DNA of 32,000 bases from Candidatus Saccharimonadota bacterium. Its GTDB lineage: Bacteria > Patescibacteriota > Gracilibacteria > BD1-5 > UBA6164. The DNA lies in NCBI GenBank assembly GCA_004563595.2, contig CP042461.1:1050001-1082000 (forward strand), written 5' to 3'. Below, one piece after another: positions 1 to 10,605 of the stretch. The translations under genes and the position numbers were made by a program. The notes under the pieces are model-generated. The model was not told the DNA's origin. It searched no databases and saw nothing but the letters and a program-made list of their open reading frames with translations. Position 1 is the stretch's first letter, and the number at the start of each line of letters is the position of its first letter.

Positions 1-87
1 GCTATCAAAGAAGGTGTTGATAAAGCTGAAGGTGAAGAACTTAAAGCTAAATTAGAAGAAGCTGGTGCTTCTGTTGAATTAAAATAA
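1..87 (+). CDS. rplL: 50S ribosomal protein bL12 (L7/L12), C-terminal end (5' truncated by window edge)
   Basis: Frame 1 reads AIKEGVDKAEGEELKAKLEEAGASVELK then TAA (85..87), the conserved bL12 C-terminus. A hairpin terminator follows. Confidence 0.9.
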   Translation, partial: AIKEGVDKAEGEELKAKLEEAGASVELK

Positions 88-100
88 TAATTCATAAAAT

Positions 101-137
101 AAAAACTGAATATTTAAATATATTCAGTTTTTATTTT
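101..137 (+). terminator. Intrinsic terminator after rplL
   Basis: Stem aaaaactgaatat (101..113) pairs with atattcagttttt (120..132), followed by a T-run. Confidence 0.7.
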
Positions 138-146
138 TATTTATTC

Positions 147-220
147 TCTGAGTTCGCCAAGTGGTAAGGCCGGGGACTCTGAATCCCCTATCATAGGTTC
201 GAATCCTATACTCAGAACCA
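147..220 (+). tRNA. tRNA-Gln (anticodon CUG)
   Basis: 74-nt cloverleaf. Acceptor tctgagt/actcaga. D-arm gccaagtggtaaggc (tRNA-Gln-like). Anticodon stem gggga/tcccc with loop c-t-CTG-a-a. T-arm atagg-ttcgaat-cctat. Discriminator a plus encoded CCA. Confidence 0.85.
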
Positions 221-234
221 TGAAAATAAACAAT

Positions 235-268
235 AAAAAAGAATGTATCAAATGATGCATTCTTTTTT
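235..268. terminator. Bidirectional hairpin terminator (tRNA / GIY-YIG gene)
   Basis: aaaaaagaatgtat...atgcattctttttt: an A-run, a stem with one G:U pair, and a T-run. It lies between convergent transcription units. Confidence 0.6.
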
Positions 269-506
269 ATTTAATCAATTTCAACTTCTTATCCCTAGTC
301 AATTTCTTGATCCTGCACTCTTCTTTTGCAGCTTCTGATTTATCAGCAACTTCAACTGAGTATACAAGTTCAACTGGTCTTCTCACTCTGGTATATTTTG
401 CTGCTTTAGGAGAGTTATTATGTTCATCAACTCTTCTCTCTAATTCTGTAGTGATTCATGTATATAAACTTCCATCATTACATCTCACTATATACACATA
501 CCACAT
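267..506 (-). CDS. GIY-YIG nuclease-domain protein (UPF0213-like)
   Basis: Table-25 translation MWYVYIVRCNDGSLYTGITTELERRVDEHNNSPKAAKYTRVRRPVELVYSVEVADKSEAAKEECRIKKLTRDKKLKLIK*. This is the classic GIY..YTG..R..EH..K..YT layout. The one in-frame TGA falls on the G of YTG. Confidence 0.85.
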
Positions 507-510
507 ATTT

Positions 511-981
511 TTATACTGATAGATTTACAAATTCTGTTGTATCAATTGATAATTCTGCTTTGATTTTATGAGACTCTACTTCTTCTATATGTTGTCCAAG
601 AGTGTTCAGGAATATATCCTTCCCTTCTCCAAATGGAATTACAAGCTTTGCTTCAATATTTTCAAATATTTTTGCAGCATCTTTTGTTCATGTAATGATT
701 AATATATCCACATCTCAAAAGAATGATAAGATCTCTTCTTTTAATTCAAAGCTATCATTTGATATGATAACGATATGTTTTGTGTCCACAACAAAATGAT
801 AAAACAATTTATTTGCATACTCTTTTACCTCAAGTAACATTCATGATTTTTCATACTCTCAAGGATATGAAACATTAAAATCATCGACATTAACATCTCC
901 TGAACTTATATTAAAAGTGATATTTTTTTTATCTGAATTTGTAATATTTAGGTTTCATGCTTTGTTATAAACTTCGATCAT
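511..981 (-). CDS. MBL-fold (UlaG/COG2220-like) protein, short form without an obvious HxHxDH motif
   Basis: 156 codons, ATG 981 to TAA 511. Motifs YPGEYEKSGMLLEV, FFGDVDILIITG and AKLVIPFGEG resemble the C-terminal half of MBL-fold hydrolases. Five in-frame TGA codons. Coordinates are solid; the function is tentative. Confidence 0.6.
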
Positions 982-996
982 AGAAAACTGTTAAAA

Positions 997-1449
997 TTAA
1001 ATAAAATATGTTTTATTTCTTGCTATAATAGCTCATAAATCAAACATAACTTCCACATCTTTTATCTTTTCAATAGGAAACCATTCATATCAAACAAACC
1101 TTTCTTCCTTTTGAACATAAGGTTTTTTCTCTCAATGATACCTCACCAGAAAAAGATATACATCTTTATCTATCACGGGGGTATTTTCTAAGTATCAGGC
1201 TGTAAAAGTATAGTTTAACTTTGTAATAAACTTAATTACTTCAAGGTCTTTTTTCATTAATCAGGCTTCTTCACTAATTTCTCTTACTGCTGTATCTTTT
1301 GCTACTTCTCAATCTTCTATATGTCATTTTGGAATCACATAGATTTCTTTATTTCTTGAGTTTAACCATTTCAGTAAAAGAACCTCGATCTTACCTTCTT
1401 TTTTACGATAGACTATACCACCTGAACTCTTTTCATATATTTTTGCCAT
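997..1449 (-). CDS. NUDIX hydrolase
   Basis: MAKIYEKSSGGIVYRKKEGKIEVLLLKWLNSRNKEIYVIPKGHIEDGEVAKDTAVREISEEAGL... contains a complete Nudix box GX5EX7REUXEEXGU. The first G of the box is encoded by TGA. Confidence 0.85.
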
Positions 1450-1615
1450 AAAATTTAAAATAACTCATCTATCTAAAACTATAATTAAATATAACTCAAA
1501 AAACGAAAAATTCAAGTTCTTTTCGAAAGTCCCTCTATATTACACTTCATTTTTTGCATATATTTTTTTTATGTGATAGACTATTGTTAATAAAACAAAA
1601 ATAAAAATAAAAATT

Positions 1616-2632
1616 ATGCAAAACACACATATAAATGAAGATATTTTAAGTGATCTCGAAAACCTAATTGACTCAAATATTGACTCAACACTGGAAAATA
1701 TAAGTAAGATAGATACCCCTTACTCTCCTGAACCCCTTAATAGTTTAAATAAATCAGAAGAAGTAAAATACACTCCTATACTTATAGATTCACAAGACAC
1801 TGAAATAATTCCTGATGAAATAAAAGAAGAGAAAAAATATATAAAAAAATCTTCGAAATTTATTACTTGAATATTATTTCTATTCAAATATATGGCTACA
1901 TCAAGTCTTATATTCGCATTATTACTTGTTACAACAAACTATAGTGCTTATATAAATGTAGCAAAAAGTTATATTTTTCAAGAAGAATTAGAAAATAAAT
2001 CTGCGTGACTTATTAATTCTGTAAAAGCATCAAATATAAAAGAAAAAATTAAAACTGAAGTAGTAGAAAAAAATAGAGCTATCGAAAAAGAAAATACAAC
2101 ACCAGTTGGGAGAAATTCAATAAAAAACTTAGTAGCCCTTTCAAATAAAAATGAACTTGACCTTAACATTGAAATCACACCATATGAAAATAGAATAGTT
2201 ATTCCAAAGATTTGAAAAAATATTCCTCTCTTAGATATTACAAATAGGAAAATATCATGAGAAAATGAACTCAACGATATTTTCATGAAAGAACTTGAAA
2301 ATTGAGTAATTAGATATCCATGAAGTGCTAAACCATGAAAAGATGGGAATGCATTTATTTTTGGTCACTCGTCAAATTTCCCATGGATTAAAGGAGAATA
2401 TAATGATGTTTTTTCACTTCTTGATAAAGTACAATACGAGGATGAAATAATTGTATATTATGGTCAAAAAAAATATACATATAAAATAAGAGAAAAAAAG
2501 GTTATTACTCCTGGTGATATTTCTATTTTAAAAAGAAATAATGATAAATCAGAAATAACTCTTATGACATGTTGGCCAATTTGAACAACCCTCAATAGAC
2601 TTATAGTAACCTGAGAATTAATTGAAGAATAA
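1616..2632 (+). CDS. Sortase-family transpeptidase (membrane anchored)
   Basis: 338 aa with TGA=Gly. N-terminal acidic region and a TM segment (MATSSLIFALLLVTT). Catalytic triad context FIFGHSS, ITLMTCWPIGT (TLxTC) and NRLIVTG. The standard code stops it at 1870. Confidence 0.85.
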
Positions 2633-2655
2633 TATAATTTTAAAACTCATTTATA

Positions 2656-2925
2656 ATGATTTGATTTGAATATAAATACGTAAAAGCTATAGATATTATA
2701 AATAATATATTATTAGTTCCTAAAGATTCAGTCATAGAATATTCTATTATAACTATAATTTTTATATTTTTTTTAGTTTCTCTCTATTATATTATCCCAT
2801 TTGTTAACATATGGAGAGAGCATTTACAAAATGAAAAAGAGAAAAAAAGAAAGAAATTCCTCCTTAAGCAAATTATCCTTCAAAAAGATATGGAGGCTGA
2901 AATAGAAAAAGAATTAAATATATAA
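2656..2925 (+). CDS. Small single-pass membrane protein, hypothetical
   Basis: 89 codons, starting 23 nt after the sortase stop. Hydrophobic core YSIITIIFIFFLVSLYYIIPF followed by a Lys/Glu-rich tail. A terminator follows directly. Confidence 0.5.
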
Positions 2926-2961
2926 AAAGAACTTAGAAGTAATTATCTAAGTTCTTTTTTT
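2924..2961. terminator. Bidirectional hairpin terminator
   Basis: agaacttaga (2928..2937) pairs with tctaagttct (2946..2955), flanked by an A-run and a T-run. It overlaps the last codons of rlmE. Confidence 0.6.
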
Positions 2962-3623
2962 CATATACAAATTACGTATTCTTCATGTGATGAATCTCTA
3001 CAGGCCATCGGTTTATACATTGTCATTTTTGTAAATCTTTTTTTCACCTGCTGAGCTAAGTCATTAAAATCTTCTCATTTAAAAACTTTCAGAATCATAT
3101 CCCCTCCTGGCTTTAAAAAGCTATCACTAAACTTACAGATTTCAATATTAAGCTCAACAGAAGCATATTGATCTACATCAAATCTCCCTGTTGTATTTGG
3201 AGCAATATCAGATGTAATAACATCGAATTGATCATCTCATACAATTTCAATCACATTTTTGCTCAGTGTATCATAATCAAATATATCACACACGAGGGTT
3301 TTTACATTTGGATATGAAAAAGGTTTACATTCTTTTAAATCAACTCAAATAATTTGTTTTTCCCTTACTATATTTCTTATAGCTTGTAAAAAACTCCCTG
3401 GAGCACATCATACATCCATTACACTATGATCTGGCTGTATAAGGTCAAATCTTTCCTGAATTTCAAGAAACTTATAAATTGATCTTGCTCTATACCCTGC
3501 CTTTCTTGCTTTTTCGGAAAATTCATCATTTACTACATAGCTTCATCTTTGCACTTTCTTCTTCCTATGAAAACCTGTTTTCATAACTGTTTTTTTATTT
3601 TGAATTCTGTTTTTCTTTGCCAT
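2943..3623 (-). CDS. rlmE: FtsJ/RlmE-type 23S rRNA 2'-O-ribose methyltransferase
   Basis: 226 aa: ...GYRARSIYKFLEIQERFDLIQPDHSVMDVGCAPGSFLQ...VITSDIAPNTTG...LKPGGDMILKVFKGE. SAM-binding and K-D-K-E context typical of RlmE. Confidence 0.8.
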
Positions 3624-3893
3624 AGAGTCTATTTTAAAAGTATCAAAACATATTTTATTAAAAAAAATATTTATTACAAGGGTTAAATGGTCAATTTTTG
3701 CATATTTTTCAGAATTTTTCCAAAAAAATACAAAATGTACAAAATAAAATTACTTTTATTATTACCTTTAAATAGACGATTTAATTATTTTTTAGTATTA
3801 TTTATTATTTTGTTTGACTTTTATTTGATTTAGTTTTTAAAGTAGTTTATAATTAATTTATAAGTCAATATATTAATTTGTAAATAGCTACAT

Positions 3894-4940
3894 ATGACAG
3901 ACTGAAAAAAAATAAATTTGAGTGCTATGATAAGTTCATCAAATAAAAGTGATACCAAAACCCCCCCTACAGAAACTCCTGTAGAAGAAAAAAAACAGGA
4001 AACACCAAATATTTTATCTGAACAACCAGTTTCAGATAAAATAGAAAAACCTGAGCCAGTTACTGAATCAAAAAAAATAGATATTAAAAGTCTGTCTGCT
4101 TCAGTTTCAAATGAGAAAAAAGATGATGAAACTTCTTCTCAAGATACAACTCAGAAAAATATGATAAAACCTGAAAAAGAAGAAGAAAAAACGTGATTAG
4201 TTACTAAGAAAAAGAAAGTAGATATAAAAAATATCTCTCCTTCTATTTCAAAGACAGAAAAAGAAAATATAGTTCCTGTTCAAGGGGCTCCTAAAAAAGA
4301 GGATATAAAAATTATAGAAAATAAAACAGAAATAAAGGAAGACTCAAAAGAAGTTACAAATCAAGACGATTCTAATAAAACTCTCTTAGAAAATAGTGCT
4401 AATAATGAAGAACTTGAAGAAAAAGCTACAACAAGTGAGATATTTAAAAACTATTCATCTGACTTTAATGGCAAAGCTCAAGGAATTATAAAAGAAATCA
4501 AAAAATTAAAAAACTTAAGAAAAACAAATCCAAAGTTTTTAGGTTTTATAATAATCGTAACTGTTATATGAATATCTTTCCTCTTTTATGTAGATCCTAA
4601 AAATCATTCCTATACAAACTATAAAGCAAGCATCTTAAATGTATATAACAAACAAACAAATCCAAATTATCAAACAAATACTCATAGTTGATCTCAACAA
4701 GAAGAAGATTTAGCAAATAATACTCCAAAAATTAATTGGAATGACCTCTCTATTCATGAATGGTGATTTAATCTAAAGATAGAGAGCCAAACATGAACAG
4801 GATGAACCCTTGTATACAAATTTGAATGAATATTATATACTTCAAAAGAAGACCTAGATCAAGCTGTTGAAGCATCTATTACTTTGCAAAAGACAAGAAG
4901 AATAAAATCTGTAATTTCTGAAAATTTTAAAAGGCAATAA
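3894..4940 (+). CDS. Hypothetical membrane-anchored protein (Lys/Glu/Thr-rich N-terminal region, one TM, ~120-aa C-terminal domain)
   Basis: ATG 3894 is in frame with the track ORF at 3918 via a TGA=Gly codon. It reads through the TGA at 4194 to TAA 4938..4940. TM segment FLGFIIIVTVIGISFLFYV. Alternative starts at 3918 and 3927. A long hairpin terminator follows. Confidence 0.6.
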
Positions 4941-4949
4941 AGCAAGATC

Positions 4950-5010
4950 ACTCTAAAATAAAAAAACAATTTTTTAATATAAAAATTGTTTTTTTATTTT
5001 AGAGTCTTTT
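4950..5010 (+). terminator. Long hairpin terminator
   Basis: actctaaaataaaaaaacaattttt pairs with aaaaattgtttttttattttagagt (arms of about 25 bp), followed by a T-run. Confidence 0.65.
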
Positions 5011-5101
5011 TTAAATAACTGTCAATCTCTTTTCTTTCACTTTTTAAAAAAGACATGATAGAATATAAAGTAAGACGATTTAAATAATAATATACTCTCC
5101 A

Positions 5102-6325
5102 ATGGATTTAGACGCTGATATACAAAAACTGCCAATTAAAAAAGACTTATGAGATGTCGTTGACTATATTAATGCTCTCTTTAAAAAAGCTATTGATTAC
5201 GGAGCATCAGATATACATGTAGAACCAACTGAAGATTTTCTCCTTATCAGGTTTCGTAAAGATGGTGATTTTATGATTATTGACAAAGTTCATCCTGAAA
5301 ATATCAGTGCTATAGTAACCAGGCTCAAAGTACTATCAAAGATAAAAATTGATGAAAATAAAAAACCTCAAGATGGGAAAATTGTATATTTCTATGAAGC
5401 TGATGACATGAATGTAGATATCCGTCTCTCTACCCTTCCAACAACCTATGGTGAAAAAGTGGTTATGCGTATATTAAAACAAGATGCCTCACTTACCAAT
5501 ATTGAAGCTCTATGACTTATTGATATCAATGTAGAAAAGGTAAGAGAAGCTCTCAAAAGTAATTATTGAATTATGCTCGTAGCATGACCAACTGGGTCAG
5601 GTAAATCTACTACCCTATTTGGTATATTAAAACATTTTAATCCTCTTGCATATAATATATCCACTCTTGAAGATCCGATCGAGTATAATATTGAGTATGT
5701 AAACCAATCCCAAGTAAAACCTGAAATCTGATATACATTTTCAACTGGTCTCAGAAGTTTGGTAAGACAAGATCCTGATATTATAATGGTATGAGAAATC
5801 AGGGATAAAGAAACAGCAACCCTTGCTGTTGAAGCCGCTCTTACATGACATTTAGTTTTATCAACTATCCATACCAACTCCGCAGCAGGAACTGTGCAAA
5901 GACTTATAAATATGTGAGTTGAACCATTTCTTTTAGCATCAGCTATGAAAATGGTTATATCTCAAAGACTTTGAAAGAGGCTATGTCAAAGCTGTAAAAA
6001 AGAACATCCTCTGAAAGATTATGAAATGAAAAAAGTAAAAGACTTTCTTGCTCCAATTGTAGAAAAAGATCAATTAGAAAACCTCGTCTTTTACAAATGA
6101 GAATGATGTGATGTTTGTAGACAGACATGATATAAATGAAGATTATGAATCCATGAAGTCCTGATAGTATGAGATTTTCTTGAACCTCTCATATTAAATA
6201 AAGAGAGTGCAAATGCAATGAGAACTATCGCAATCGAAAATTGAATGATTACTATAGTCCAAGATGCATTATTTAAAGCACTCATGTGAGAAACTACTGT
6301 TGAAGAAGCTCTTAAACTAATATAA
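5102..6325 (+). CDS. pilB: Type IV pilus assembly / type II secretion ATPase (PilB/GspE family, short form)
   Basis: 407 aa. ASDIHVEP. Walker A VAGPTGSGKSTT (its first G is TGA 5585..5587). LEDPIEY, RQDPDIIMVGEIRD and GHLVLSTIHTN. Tetracysteine region CQSC...CDVC. Confidence 0.9.
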
Positions 6326-6347
6326 AATTAAATAAAAACGTGAAAAT

Positions 6348-8243
6348 ATGTTTAATATATTCAAGAAAAAGAAAATAAATACTCAGGCTGTAAAGAGTTT
6401 TAATGAAGTTGTGAAAACAATTGATATTTTTATTCGTCTTTCAGAGTGGGAAAAAGCAAGAATGGCTTTGGCTGAGATAAGAAATAAAGAAAAAAAATCT
6501 CTTGCAGATCTTATGATAAAGATTGAGAGTGAAGATAAACTTTTCAGTGAAAAAGAAGTTATCAAACAAAATAAATTTTATAAGAAAAAACTGGTCAGTC
6601 TTGATAAATTAGAAGAGACTTTGATTAAAACTGAAAAAAAATTCCATGATGATATTCAAAATCAAAAATTTAAAATCAGATTTAAGTCTATAAAAACTGA
6701 GATCGAGCTCCTAGCATGAGGGAAAAAACATACAGAAGCAATGAATCTCTTACAGAAATTCCTAGAAGAAAATAAAGAAAAAGATATTGTAATTAAATTT
6801 TTCAATAAAGAAAAGAAGATTCTTTTAAAAAAGCTTGAAAAACACAAAGGACTAGAACAAGAAAAAATCAAAAGAAATGCAAAGTCAGAAGCTATGAATC
6901 TGATATGAGAAAATGTAAACATCGAACCAAAAGAGAAAAAAAAGAAAAAAAGTTCATTTTTTAGTGAGCTTAAAGAAAAAATAAATTTTTATAAAAAAAT
7001 AAAAGAGACTATTAGAAAAAAGAAATTACTCAGTGAAATCAATATCCTCATTGACGAAGATTCAAAAGTGAAAAATGATATCGCAGCAAAAAAATTAGCA
7101 AATATACATAGGTGACTCATCAAGGAAATCACAAATGATCAAATGTTATGATATGAACTCTATGGGAAAATACTCTGAGCAGATAAAATATCATGAGACA
7201 CCTTTTGATTTAATGAAAATACATCAAAATATAACTTCTTCTTATGAGATGCCACTGGTCATGGAATTAGAGCATGATTCATAGTTACACTCCTTAGTAG
7301 ATTCTTTAATAAATATGTCGATAAAAGTAGTTTATCTGAGTTGACTTATGAGATTAACAATGGATTAAAGCAAGATTTAAAAAATAGAAATTTTATCACT
7401 TGAGTATTCTTTGAAATACTCAAAAATAAAATCGGAACCATAAATTTTGTTTGAATGTGACATGAGCCAATGCTTATATTTAGGAAGAAAGAAAATACAA
7501 TTGAAAAAGTAATTCCAGGATGACTCGCAGCTTGAATCAGAATGATTAAAAATAAAGAAGATATTAAAACCAAAGAACTCAATCTAGGTGATGAAGATAT
7601 TCTTATTATCTATAGTGATTGAATGACTGATAGCAAAAATCCTGAAGGTTCTTTCTATTGAATTGATAGATTAAAAGATAGCTTTTTCAACATAGCCTCC
7701 GGTGGTTCTGATATTAAAAATATATATGATTTCCTTATTAATGATATCCAATTATTTAGAGGCTGAAGTAGTTTTGATGATGATGTCAGTATTTTAATGA
7801 TAAAAAGAAACTTCCTCAAAGATATTGTAAGAGAACCTTCTGAATATTTAGATGATCTCTCTAAAAAAGAATGACTCAAAAGAAATGATGTCAAAAAGAT
7901 GGAATGAAAAACCAAAGAAGAAATTAATGTCATACTAGAAAGTATTAAAAAAGAAAAAGAAACAAAGAAAATCATAAAAATTCTTGAAAATCTTTATTTT
8001 ACCTGAGAGATTTTAAAATTAAAGCAAGAAGCTATCCGTTTTATCAAAGCCTGATATATTCATAAAAAAATCAATTATTACCTTAAAAAAGCAATTGATA
8101 ATGAAAAAGGTTATAAGATAGATCAAAAAAATCAAAGAATAGATAGTAAATATACCGTTCTTATGGAACTCTATAAAAAATGAGATTATAAAACAGTTAT
8201 GCAAGAAGTTGAAGATATTATTGCACAAGATTGAAATATATAA
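6348..8243 (+). CDS. SpoIIE/PP2C-family Ser/Thr phosphatase domain protein with long coiled-coil flanks
   Basis: 631 aa with TGA=Gly. Central motifs ISGDTFGF, FFLGDATGHGIRAGFI, FVGMGHEPMLIF, LGDEDILIIYSDGMTDSKNPEG and DDDVSILMIK match the SpoIIE/PPM pattern. The N- and C-terminal regions are K/E-rich heptad-like sequence. It sits 22 nt after pilB and 25 nt before pilC. Confidence 0.8.
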
Positions 8244-8268
8244 AAAATTAATTAATAATATTATAATT

Positions 8269-9483
8269 ATGTTCTGAGGTCGTTTCTATGATAAATACTG
8301 AAATTTTAACAACGATAAGTTCGTTAAGCTTTTAGAGAAAGCCAGAAATGCACAATACAAAAAGCAAAAATCAACAAAAGGTAATATGAATAAAGAAATT
8401 ACCTTATTTGATAGCGCCTCAAAAAAAGAACTTTGGCAAATGATTAACAAACTTTCTATATTTATTAATTCGTGAATTGATGTAAAATGAGCTCTTACCA
8501 TCCTCATAAAACAAACAAAAAACCCATACCTTAAAAGAATTACTATTGAAATGCAGGAAAATATTAATCATGGGATTACTATGAGTGAGACTATGGCTCA
8601 ATATCCAAAAGTATTTGACTGATTAAGTACTGCACTTATCTGAGTATGAGAAAAAACAGGGCAATTATGAAAAATTCTTGCAGAGCTTGATAAGAACCTT
8701 TTAGAGAATATTGAGCTCAAATGAAAAGTAAAATGAGCCATGATCTATCCTGCTGTTCTACTAGTATTAACTCTCTGTATGGTAATCTTTATGATGATTT
8801 TTATTGTACCAAGAATTTCAGAGAGTTTTGAAAAAGCTGGGAGTGAGCTTCCAGGTCTCACTCAGTTTGTAGTAGCTGTTTCAAATTTTTTCATTGAAGA
8901 TTGGTGAAAACTTATCATTTGATTTATTGCAACTATTTCAATATTTAGAATCATCAATTCAACATATCACTGAAAAATGTTCTTTGCTATCATGTATACA
9001 AAGCTCCCTATTTTTTGATATGTAGTGAGGCAATCAAATATAGTATATTTTATTAAATCTTTTACCATTCTTCTTGATTCTTGAGTACTTCTATTAGAAT
9101 CACTGAAAACATCAAGTAAAGTAGTACCAAATCTTGCATATAAAAAAGAGCTTATCAGAATCAAAAATGAAGTTGAAATATGACTTACCATATCAAAATC
9201 TCTCTGATTGAACCTTGATTATGAAGCAAATGTATACTTAAATAATCTCTTTCCTGAAGAATTTGCTTATGTAGTAAGTACTTGAGAAGAAACTTGAAGT
9301 TTGTCAGACTCTCTCAAAAAAGTATGAGCAAACTATAACTGAGAACTAAAAAGATATATCTGAAACCTTTCAAGTCTGATGGAACCAGTTATTATCGTTA
9401 TAGTATGATTTTTAGTTGGTACTATTGTAGTTGCCATTATGCTCCCTTTCTTCGCGATGGGTGAAATTGCAAAAAACTTATAA
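8269..9483 (+). CDS. pilC: Type IV pilus platform protein (PilC/GspF family)
   Basis: 404 aa. Two T2SS-F-like halves (…GITMSETMAQYPKVFDGLSTALIGVGEKTGQL… and …EEFAYVVSTGEETGSL…). Three TM segments. Ends TAATAA. Confidence 0.9.
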
Positions 9484-9484
9484 T

Positions 9485-9511
9485 AAAAAACTGGGTTTTC
9501 CCAGTTTTTTT
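9485..9511 (+). terminator. Intrinsic terminator after pilC
   Basis: aaaaactggg-tttt-cccagttttttt. Confidence 0.7.
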
Positions 9512-9618
9512 GTGTATATGGTTTAAATTCATCCCCTTTTGACTATTCTCAAAAATATCCCAATCCTATAAATAATTAGTATTTTTCGCATAAAGTCCAC
9601 TGAAATGCTGCAAAAAAA

Positions 9619-9647
9619 TTGTATTTAAGGTAAAATTAAGGTACACT
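9619..9647 (+). promoter_or_regulatory. Candidate sigma70-like promoter for the pilin gene
   Basis: ttgtat (9619..9624), a 17-nt spacer, then tacact (9642..9647), about 75 nt upstream of the pilin ATG. In AT-rich DNA such matches arise by chance. Confidence 0.25.
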
Positions 9648-9720
9648 CTACAAGTCTTTAATAAAAGGCAACTAATTTTAAAATTTATTTTGTATTTTAT
9701 TTTCTTAACATAACATATTT

Positions 9721-10467
9721 ATGAGAAATACAAAACAAGCATTCACGTTAGTGGAACTTATCGTAGTTATTACTATTTTAGCTATACTTGGTACTATAGC
9801 CTTTATATCTTTACAAGGGTATTCAGCTGATGCTAGAAACTCTAAAAGAGTAAATGACCTTGGGAATCTTGCTGATTCTGTAAACATTAAGTCTACACAA
9901 GGATCATCTCTATTAAGTTTTGTAACTTCTGATACAAACACTACTCTTACTAATGCTAGTGTTGCTGGTACAGGAACTCTTGCTGCTAATTATAGTGCAG
10001 GTTTCCCTAACTATATCGCTCTTGGAGTAAAAGAAGAAGATTTTAAAGATCCAAATGGTCCAGAATATAGAGTTGCTGCAACTACTAATAAAAATGGTCA
10101 ATTTGAATTTGCTTCTTCTATTGAAAATGGTGCAGGACTTGATACTGCTAAAATAATCGGTAACTATAACAATAGAGGTGTAGCTGCTGGTGATACTGCA
10201 ACTATTACTTCTTCTGGTACTCTTTCAGTTACTCTTGCTGATACTGATATCGGTAAGATAGTAAGAGGAGATACTGTTACTGCTGGTGGTACTGCTGCTA
10301 TAGTAGTTACAAAAGTATCATCTGATGGTACAACTCTTACTCTTAACGCTGCTCATGGTGTAGGTACAGGTGTACTATTATCTGCTGCTGAATCAACTAG
10401 TATAATTGCTTCTACAACTGGTGTAACAACTCCAATTGAAGCTGATACTGAAACAGTTCCTTATTAA
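9721..10467 (+). CDS. pilA: Type IV pilin (prepilin with N-terminal methylation/cleavage motif)
   Basis: MRNTKQA-FTLVELIVVITILAILGTIAFISLQGY is the class III signal peptide plus conserved hydrophobic alpha-1 helix with Glu5. Position -1 is Ala rather than Gly. Thr/Gly/Ala-rich globular part. 248 codons with no TGA at all. Confidence 0.9.
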   Translation: MRNTKQAFTLVELIVVITILAILGTIAFISLQGYSADARNSKRVNDLGNLADSVNIKSTQGSSLLSFVTSDTNTTLTNASVAGTGTLAANYSAGFPNYIALGVKEEDFKDPNGPEYRVAATTNKNGQFEFASSIENGAGLDTAKIIGNYNNRGVAAGDTATITSSGTLSVTLADTDIGKIVRGDTVTAGGTAAIVVTKVSSDGTTLTLNAAHGVGTGVLLSAAESTSIIASTTGVTTPIEADTETVPY

Positions 10468-10492
10468 TAAATTTCTCGTAAATTTAAATTAT

Positions 10493-10526
10493 AAAAAGAC
10501 TTTCGCAAGAAAGTCTTTTTATTTTG
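10493..10526 (+). terminator. Intrinsic terminator after pilin
   Basis: aaaaagactttc-gcaa-gaaagtcttttt followed by attttg. Confidence 0.7.
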
Positions 10527-10563
10527 TGTTATTTTTGAAGAGGTCTCACTATCTACCTCATTC

Positions 10564-10602
10564 AAAAAAAAGGTATCACATATATTATGTGGTACCTTTT
10601 TT
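10564..10602 (-). terminator. Intrinsic terminator after pilT
   Basis: aaggtatcacata pairs with tatgtggtacctt (one G:U). There is a T-run on the minus strand, immediately 3' of the pilT stop. Confidence 0.65.
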
Positions 10603-10605
10603 CTT

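Noticed and set aside
147-220. tRNA next to rplL, considered as the TGA-decoding tRNA-Gly(UCA) required by table 25.
   Set aside because: The anticodon loop is c-t-CTG-a-a and the D-arm is tRNA-Gln-like, so it is tRNA-Gln(CUG). The recoding tRNA is not in this window.
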